From contig OZ241362.1 in assembly GCA_965200315.1 (NCBI GenBank), forward strand, positions 2,784,001 through 2,848,000: a DNA stretch of 64,000 nucleotides, given 5' to 3'. Position 1 is the stretch's first letter. Every line of letters starts with the position of its first letter. Shown here piece after piece: positions 58,013 to 64,000 of this stretch. The position numbers were made by a program, and so were the translations under genes. The stretch is from Candidatus Latescibacterota bacterium (GTDB taxonomy: Bacteria; Latescibacterota; UBA2968; UBA8231). The notes beneath the pieces were generated by a model. It made no database searches and had not been told where the DNA came from. It was given only the letters and a program-made list of their open reading frames with translations.

Positions 58013-58339
58013 TCAAGCTATGGTCCGCAACGGGCTTCGCACTTGGTCTTGGTCTTGGTCTTGGAAGGGAGTACGGATCGGCCTGATTGACATCAACTTG
58101 GTAGCCAAGATTGCCCGCCGACCAATAAAACGCACGTCCAAATCTGGGACGAAGGGGAGGGCACTGAAAACCTCATCCCATTTAAGACCCTGCATCAAAT
58201 TTTTCTCATGCCAAACATCACCGGTAAAACCTAAAGCGTGCGCCATCTCGTGGAGAACAATTCGTTGAAGAAAATACGACGAACAACTAGATACCAGCCC
58301 AACACCGAACAGATCGCGGAACGTCATTCCAGCGATCAT
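58013..58339 (-). pseudogene. Leishmanolysin-like zincin fragment
   Basis: VLHEMAHALGF and RFIGRRAI; no credible N- or C-terminus. Confidence 0.5.
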
Positions 58340-58463
58340 TCGGCTCTTGGTGAGTAAGGGATTTAGAGCTTAACTCCTGAGATGAATTTTGATCGGGGGG
58401 TGAAGTGGATTTCATCCACCGCTTGGTCGAACTCCAAACGCGCTCATATTAAGGAAACCTACC

Positions 58464-58859
58464 ATGACCCAACGCAAAGCACACAACCTCGCCTGGCCTT
58501 GGACCGAAAATTTCCGCATCTCGCAGGCAGTGCAAGTCGGCGATACGATCTATGTCTCCGGCCAAGGGCCGCTCGACTCAGAGGGCCAACTCGTCGGCGA
58601 AGGCGACATGGCCGCGCAGTCGCGCCAAGTCTTTGCCAACATCCGCGCCGTACTCGTCGAGGCCGGCGCGACCATGGACGACGTGGTCAAGATCACCTCG
58701 TTTATCACCGATACCAGCCGCTATGCAGAATACTCGGCCGCCCGCGCCGAAACCTTTCCCAACCACATCCCCGCCAGTTCTACCGTGACGGTCGCCGACT
58801 TGGTGATACCCGGTATGCTCGTCGAGGTCGAAGCCATAGCCGTTGTGGGTAGCAGCTAA
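58464..58859 (+). CDS. RidA/YjgF/UK114 family protein
   Basis: SQAVQVGDTIYVSGQ, DVVK and LVEVEAIA. Confidence 0.9.
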   Translation: MTQRKAHNLAWPWTENFRISQAVQVGDTIYVSGQGPLDSEGQLVGEGDMAAQSRQVFANIRAVLVEAGATMDDVVKITSFITDTSRYAEYSAARAETFPNHIPASSTVTVADLVIPGMLVEVEAIAVVGSS

Positions 58860-59086
58860 CTACCTCGGCTCCCGATATACATCCGGCCCGGAGCCGCCGA
58901 CCAAGATATCCAAATCAACGCCCTTGTCGGCTTGGAGCACGTCCCGCGTGGCGACCGCGCAAACTAGTCTATATCGTGCCCGATGAGTCACCGGGTAGAA
59001 GGCCCGTTATAGATTTTTCCCGTGGATCATGTGTCAGAGATAAACGTCTTGGGAAAAATCCTCGACCAAGTCTTTGGCCAAATAGG

Positions 59087-59202
59087 CTGTCAATTATCCT
59101 GTCAAATAAGAGCGAATTTTGCCCAGTTTCCTTGTTGATATAATATAAGTTCATTATTTATTGTATATTAAAAAAATTTACTATCTGTCAAATTAACTGT
59201 CA
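59087..59202 (+). promoter_or_regulatory. AT-rich promoter with two CTGTCA-N6-CTGTCA direct-repeat pairs
   Basis: CTGTCA at 59087, 59099, 59185 and 59197 (12-nt period) upstream of fic. Confidence 0.5.
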
Positions 59203-59217
59203 TATAAGGGGACAAAT

Positions 59218-60411
59218 ATGGACTGGGAAAGGTTCTCCTTCGAGTACAATCTCAACGCTCAAGACTTCTTTTGCGACCTCGTCTCTATCGAGGCATACAA
59301 GGAAGCCTCTCTGAACCTAGCGTTCCCACAAGAGTGGCAGAACCAGCTCAACAGGCTGAACCGAGTGCGTGCGGTTCATGGAACGACTGCAATAGAGGGC
59401 AACCCTCTTTCCGAGGCCGAGGTTGCCCAGCAGATGGAACGACTCGAACAACAAAATCACCACGATGACAGGAAGACCGCGACAAAGGAACAAGTGCAGA
59501 TCAGGAACGCCGGGGAGGCTCAGGCTTGGGTGAGGCAACGATTTCTTCCGAACAGCCCGCCTATTGGCTTGCAAGACATCCTCACAATGCACGAGATGAT
59601 CACCCGGGATTCGGATACCGGCCATAATGTTCCTGGGGAATTCCGCCGCTTTTCCGTCACCGTGGGCACGGAAGATCTTGGAGGAGTCCATAGAGGTGCC
59701 CCGTACGAATGGCTGCCTCGCTTAATGGAGGAGTACATCGATTTCATCAACTCTCGCCGGCTCGACGACAATCATCCGGTTATACGCGCCCTGCTCGCCC
59801 ACTTCTTCTTGGTGACCATTCACCCTTTTGGAGATGGCAACGGCAGGGTCTCCCGACTCGTTGAAGCAGGCGTCCTCTTTCAGCGTGGGTACAATGTCCA
59901 TGGCTTTTACGGACTCTCCAATTACTTCTATCGCCACGAACAGGAATACAAATCAATCCTACAACAATGCCGCAGAAGCCAGCCTTTTGACGTGAGGCCG
60001 TTTATTCGCTTCGGCGTGGCCGGCTTTGCGAGTGAGCTCAAAGACATAAACAATTTCATCAAGACGAAGATCAATCGGCTGGTGTACCGGACCATGATCG
60101 TCCGTGCATTCAATAAAAGGATAGGTGCTAGACGGCGGCTCCTAAACCAAAGAGAATTCAGTCTCCTCGACTTTCTCCTGAGCGAGACCGAGCCGGTAGA
60201 TCCCTTCTCAGATACCTCGTCCAGCAGAATCAGTCTGTCAGAGCTACTGGAGGCAAACTACATGCAGTCGGCATATCGGAATGTCACGAGACGAACTTTT
60301 CATAGGGAGTTGGTACGACTCAGTGAACTTGGGTTCATCAAGTTCACTAAAGAGGAGTCGATTCAGGACTGGGTCGTGGAGTTGGATTTTGGAGCCATAC
60401 CAAAGTATTAA
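59218..60411 (+). CDS. Fic family protein with a probable C-terminal winged HTH
   Basis: Canonical HPFGDGNGRVSR, N-terminal TTAIEGN inhibitory-like motif and VTRRTFHRELVRL..LGFI. Confidence 0.9.
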   Translation: MDWERFSFEYNLNAQDFFCDLVSIEAYKEASLNLAFPQEWQNQLNRLNRVRAVHGTTAIEGNPLSEAEVAQQMERLEQQNHHDDRKTATKEQVQIRNAGEAQAWVRQRFLPNSPPIGLQDILTMHEMITRDSDTGHNVPGEFRRFSVTVGTEDLGGVHRGAPYEWLPRLMEEYIDFINSRRLDDNHPVIRALLAHFFLVTIHPFGDGNGRVSRLVEAGVLFQRGYNVHGFYGLSNYFYRHEQEYKSILQQCRRSQPFDVRPFIRFGVAGFASELKDINNFIKTKINRLVYRTMIVRAFNKRIGARRRLLNQREFSLLDFLLSETEPVDPFSDTSSSRISLSELLEANYMQSAYRNVTRRTFHRELVRLSELGFIKFTKEESIQDWVVELDFGAIPKY

Positions 60412-60431
60412 GTGATGCGCTAAGCACTGAA

Positions 60432-62156
60432 CTACCTCGGCTCCCGATATACATCCGGCCCGGAGCCACCGACCAAGATATCCAAGTCAACGCCTTTGTC
60501 GGCTTGAAGCACGTGCTTGATATACAAGCCGGCATAACCCCGCGTGACGACCGGCGCGGGCGGCGTCCACGCTTGTCGCCTGCTTTGTAGCTCCTCGTCG
60601 GGCACCGCCATGTTCAACGACCGCTTCTCCACGTCTAACTCGATCAGGTCGCCGTCCTGCACCAAGGCCAGCGGGCCACCCACGGCGGCTTCGGGCGCGA
60701 CGTGCAGAATCACCGTGCCGTAGGCCGTGCCGCTCATCCGTCCGTCCGAGATGCAAACCATGTCGCGCACGCCTTGCTGCAATAGCTTCTTGGGCAATCC
60801 GAACTTCCCGGCCTCGGGCATCCCGGGGAAACCTTTTGGGCCGATGCCCTTTAAGACCAACACGCTATCTTTGTCCACGTCGAGATTGGGATCGTCAATC
60901 CGCGCCCTGTAGTTTTCTATACTTTCAAACACCACGGCTCGTCCGCGGTGCTGCATCAGCTCGGGCGCGGCGGCCGACGGCTTGATAATCGCCCCATCCG
61001 GGCAGAGGTTGCCCCGCAGCACGGCGATCCCGGCCGCTTCCTTGAGCGGATTGTCGATCGCGGCGATGACCTCTCGGTTGTAGCATTGGGCACCCGAGGT
61101 GTTTTCGCCGAGCGTCTTGCCCGTCACCGTCAACGTATCCAGATGCAGATGCTCCTTCATCTCTTGGATCACGGCGGGCAAGCCCCCGGCGTAGAAGAAG
61201 TCCTCCATCAGATATTTGCCCGAAGGCATTAGGTTGACCAAGTGCGGCATGCGGCTGCCCAAGCGGTCGAAGTCGTCTAATTCCAACTCGACGCCGAGCC
61301 GTCCGGCGATGGCCAACAGATGCACCACGAAGTTGGTCGAACCGCCCAGCACTGCGTTGACCTTGATGGCGTTTTCTATGGCTGGCCGCGTCAAAATGCG
61401 CGACATGTACAAACCTTCTCTCACCATCTCGACGATGCGATTGCCCGCCAGATGCCCCAAGCGCTTGCGCCGCGCATCTGGCCCTGGAATGGCTGCACCG
61501 CTCGGCAGCGTCAGCCCGACAGTCTCGACCATGCAGGCCATCGTTGAGGCCGTGCCCATGGTCATGCAGTGGCCGTCCGAGCGCGAAATCCCGCCCTCGG
61601 CCTCCAGGTAATCTAAGCGCGAGATGCTCCCGGCTCGCAGCTCGGTCGTAAAGCGATAGACATCCGTGCCGGAGCCGATATCCTGATTGCGGAACTTGCC
61701 GTTGAGCATCGGCCCGCCCGTCACCGCAATGGTCGGCAAATCTACGCTCGCCGCGCCCATCAGGCTGGCTGGCGTCGTTTTGTCGCAGCTAGTTAGCAGC
61801 ACCACCCCGTCGAGCGGATTGGCGCGGATGCTTTCCTCCACGTCCATGCTCGCCAAATTGCGGTAGAGCATGGTCGTTGGCTTCATCATTGTCTCGCCGA
61901 GCGAAGTGACTGGAAATTCGAGCGGAAAGCCCCCGGCCTCGTACACCCCGCGCTTGACCTGCTCGGCCAAGACCCGCAGATGGGCGTTGCAAGGATTCAA
62001 GTCCGACCACGTGTTGCAGATCCCGATCACGGGTCGGCCGTCGAACATCTGCTCGGGATGGCCTTGGTTTTTGGCCCAGCCGCGGGATACAAATCCTTGG
62101 TGCCACTCGTCGCCAAACCACCCCGCACTGCGGAGCTTCTTGTTGTCGCCTGTCAT
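60432..62156 (-). CDS. IlvD/Edd family dehydratase (sugar-acid/arabinonate dehydratase-like)
   Basis: NPCNAH, CDKTTP, GHCMTMGTASTM, GGSTN and SDGRMSGTAYG. Confidence 0.92.
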   Translation of the reverse strand: MTGDNKKLRSAGWFGDEWHQGFVSRGWAKNQGHPEQMFDGRPVIGICNTWSDLNPCNAHLRVLAEQVKRGVYEAGGFPLEFPVTSLGETMMKPTTMLYRNLASMDVEESIRANPLDGVVLLTSCDKTTPASLMGAASVDLPTIAVTGGPMLNGKFRNQDIGSGTDVYRFTTELRAGSISRLDYLEAEGGISRSDGHCMTMGTASTMACMVETVGLTLPSGAAIPGPDARRKRLGHLAGNRIVEMVREGLYMSRILTRPAIENAIKVNAVLGGSTNFVVHLLAIAGRLGVELELDDFDRLGSRMPHLVNLMPSGKYLMEDFFYAGGLPAVIQEMKEHLHLDTLTVTGKTLGENTSGAQCYNREVIAAIDNPLKEAAGIAVLRGNLCPDGAIIKPSAAAPELMQHRGRAVVFESIENYRARIDDPNLDVDKDSVLVLKGIGPKGFPGMPEAGKFGLPKKLLQQGVRDMVCISDGRMSGTAYGTVILHVAPEAAVGGPLALVQDGDLIELDVEKRSLNMAVPDEELQSRRQAWTPPAPVVTRGYAGLYIKHVLQADKGVDLDILVGGSGPDVYREPR

Positions 62157-62209
62157 GGCATTATTCCAATGTACATTCGCATATCGTTGGAATTTGTCTC
62201 AGCGGAGGA

Positions 62210-62510
62210 TTAGATCAATAGGTCTCTACCGAAACGCAGCACAAACGTGGCAAGGTCTTCGCCGATAAGCAAGCCAACCGGTTTTTCCGTTTCCTCCCGG
62301 AGTTGATCGAGGGCATTGTCAAGTTATGTGGTTATGGAGGATGCCGTGGATACAATCCTCGTTTAGTGCCTCTACAAGACGTTCAAACCCTCCCTCGGAG
62401 TTTCATCTTCGCAGATAAGGAACGCTGAACGATTGCATCGTTGCGATCAAAATCATATAGATGAGCCCTTTGCTCTCGTCATCTTCGGGAGCCTTCAGCG
62501 CGTAAATCAT
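62210..62510 (-). pseudogene. Degraded low-GC gene remnant, possibly a restriction endonuclease C-terminus
   Basis: aggaga RBS + ATG, multiple stops, terminal frame LDQLREETEKPVGLLIGEDLATFVLRFGRDLLI*. Confidence 0.3.
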
Positions 62511-62584
62511 TAGTCTTTCTCCTATGGTTAGGGTCAAAAAGAGTAGCGTCCTTTGTACAATTTTCAGCAACGCTCTTATGCTAC

Positions 62585-63466
62585 CTACGCCGGCATCTCT
62601 CGCCGCGTGTGCACTCGCCCCACCCGGGCCGTTTCTTCATTCCCCCCAGAAAAAACGCGCGCCCCAGCGTCAATTTTCTCCGCGACCGTTTCGGGTGCGG
62701 CCCCGTCCAAAAAGGCCACGCCGTTTTGCCGACACGCCGCCTTGACCCGCTCGTGCGTCTCCTGCATCTGCTCGGGCCACGGCTGCGGCATCGTCCGATA
62801 CCCCAGCGAAATGCTCAAGTCGCCCGGGCCCATTTCGGCAAAGCCGATCCCCGGCACGGACAGGATTTCCTCGATGTGAGGCAGGGCGGCCACCGACTCG
62901 ATCTTTAGCCCTAACAGCAACTCGCCTTCCGGGTTGAGCGGCCACGGATCGGCCTTGGCTAGATACTCGTCGCGGCTCGCGCCCCACACGCCGGCACACA
63001 CCCCCTCTGAGCCAACGCCGCGCGTGCCCCGGCCCAAATCGGTGCCAACGCCGATGGTGTTGATCGGATAGCGGCACGACTCGACAAAAGCTCGGACGGC
63101 TCCGGCCGATTCGGCTTGGCAAAGCAGAATTCCGTGAGCACCTCGGCCCAAGATCTGCCGAAACTGCCAAGCGTTGTAGCGCACGATTTCTTCGGACCGG
63201 CCCTCGACCGGGGCCTCGACGATGATCGCCGGAGTCCGGTGCCCGCTGCGGGTCGGCCCACCGGCGATCAAGCCGCGCAAGTACTCGTCTAGCCCCGCCA
63301 TGTCGAACGAACCGTGTTCCATGCCGACGTTGATGTAGTCGGCCCAAGTGCCGGCGTCCTCTTTGCCCTGCTCGTAGGTCAGCACGTGTCCGGCGTGGGC
63401 ACCTGTGTAGTAGATTGGCTGATCCTCGGCGAGGAGTTCGACAGCGCGGTTGATTTTCTTACTCAT
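62585..63466 (-). CDS. HpcH/HpaI aldolase/citrate lyase family
   Basis: MEHG, KIES and EMGPGDLSISLG. Confidence 0.8.
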   Translation of the reverse strand: MSKKINRAVELLAEDQPIYYTGAHAGHVLTYEQGKEDAGTWADYINVGMEHGSFDMAGLDEYLRGLIAGGPTRSGHRTPAIIVEAPVEGRSEEIVRYNAWQFRQILGRGAHGILLCQAESAGAVRAFVESCRYPINTIGVGTDLGRGTRGVGSEGVCAGVWGASRDEYLAKADPWPLNPEGELLLGLKIESVAALPHIEEILSVPGIGFAEMGPGDLSISLGYRTMPQPWPEQMQETHERVKAACRQNGVAFLDGAAPETVAEKIDAGARVFSGGNEETARVGRVHTRREMPA

Positions 63467-63496
63467 TGAGTCGCTCCTTAAAAAGGAAGGTCTGTT

Positions 63497-64000
63497 TTAA
63501 CTCCACGAATCCACTCCCAAGAGCTTCCGCCCCAGAGCGGTCAACTCGGCCGGCTGCTGATGCTGGTGTTCCCAATCCCGCGCATCGCCGGGCCAGCGGG
63601 ACGTCGGTCGCCGCTCCTGCCAAGCCGCGATCCGCTTCTCGCGGGTGACTTCTCCGTTTGCGGGTACCGGCGACATGGTGATATACTGCGCCAAGCGCGG
63701 CCGAGCGGACCGATTGTGGCCGTTGCCGTGGGCCAACAACCGATGCCAGATCAGCAAGTCTCCGGCTTGGCCCGCAATCGACTGGACCGTTAGTCCTGTT
63801 AGATCGGGTCGGCGCGTATTGCGATCTGCCGGCTGGGACTTGACCCATTCGTCGAATATCCGGTGAAAGCCGGGCACGCACTGGAAGCCGCCTTGGTCCT
63901 CTGCTGTATCCGTCAGATACAGCACTCCTTGCACCCCAAAGGCCACCGGCTGCTGTGCCGTATCGACATCCCAGTGAATCATCCCCGTGTTGCACCATTC
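63497..64000 (-). CDS. PhyH family dioxygenase (5' end beyond the window)
   Basis: IHWD, VQGVLYLTDT, GGFQCVPGFH and IWHRLLAHGN. Confidence 0.8.
   Translation of the reverse strand, partial: EWCNTGMIHWDVDTAQQPVAFGVQGVLYLTDTAEDQGGFQCVPGFHRIFDEWVKSQPADRNTRRPDLTGLTVQSIAGQAGDLLIWHRLLAHGNGHNRSARPRLAQYITMSPVPANGEVTREKRIAAWQERRPTSRWPGDARDWEHQHQQPAELTALGRKLLGVDSWS

Larger units (their letters stand above)
58860..60553. mobile_element. Fic islet bounded by a direct repeat of the IlvD-like gene 3' end
   Basis: 58860-58942 vs 60432-60514 match at 79/83 nt with all differences synonymous; after a 24-nt gap, 58943-58957 matches 60539-60553. Confidence 0.8.

Noticed and set aside
58860-60514. DGR template/variable repeat pair (also considered for the recQ repeat)
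   Set aside because: Differences are synonymous and not adenine-specific, and there is no reverse transcriptase in the window.
1-64000. Prophage, IS element or integron
   Set aside because: No integrase, DDE/HUH transposase, phage structural gene or attC-like array recognised.

Overview
GC-rich bacterial chromosome segment, probably from a MAG. Its many PhyH dioxygenases, HpcH aldolases, enolase-superfamily dehydratases and TA remnants resemble sponge-associated Latescibacterota/Poribacteria-like genomes; this taxonomic placement is inference only. The backbone is metabolic: a DUF455-ATP-grasp fusion, EamA, cyclophilin, a transketolase-like enzyme, rfbA, oadGBA plus birA, phoX, recQ, amtB, an SSS transporter, an IlvD-family dehydratase, seven PhyH and three HpcH paralogs. 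Small accessory islets interrupt it: an SDH/Clp protease, a type III R-M system, three PIN-type TA modules, a Fic gene, a tandem dynamin-like GTPase pair, a KID-repeat coiled-coil membrane protein and many gene remnants. The most striking signal is a recurrent architecture. At least four islets (at recQ, the SSS transporter, an HpcH aldolase and the IlvD-like gene), and possibly a fifth in the res-mod spacer, sit at the 3' end of a gene whose last codons are repeated on the far side of the cargo. In the recQ and IlvD cases the two copies differ only at synonymous positions. I found no integrase, transposase, tRNA, rRNA or CRISPR array. Annotations come from motif reading only; no database searches were run.
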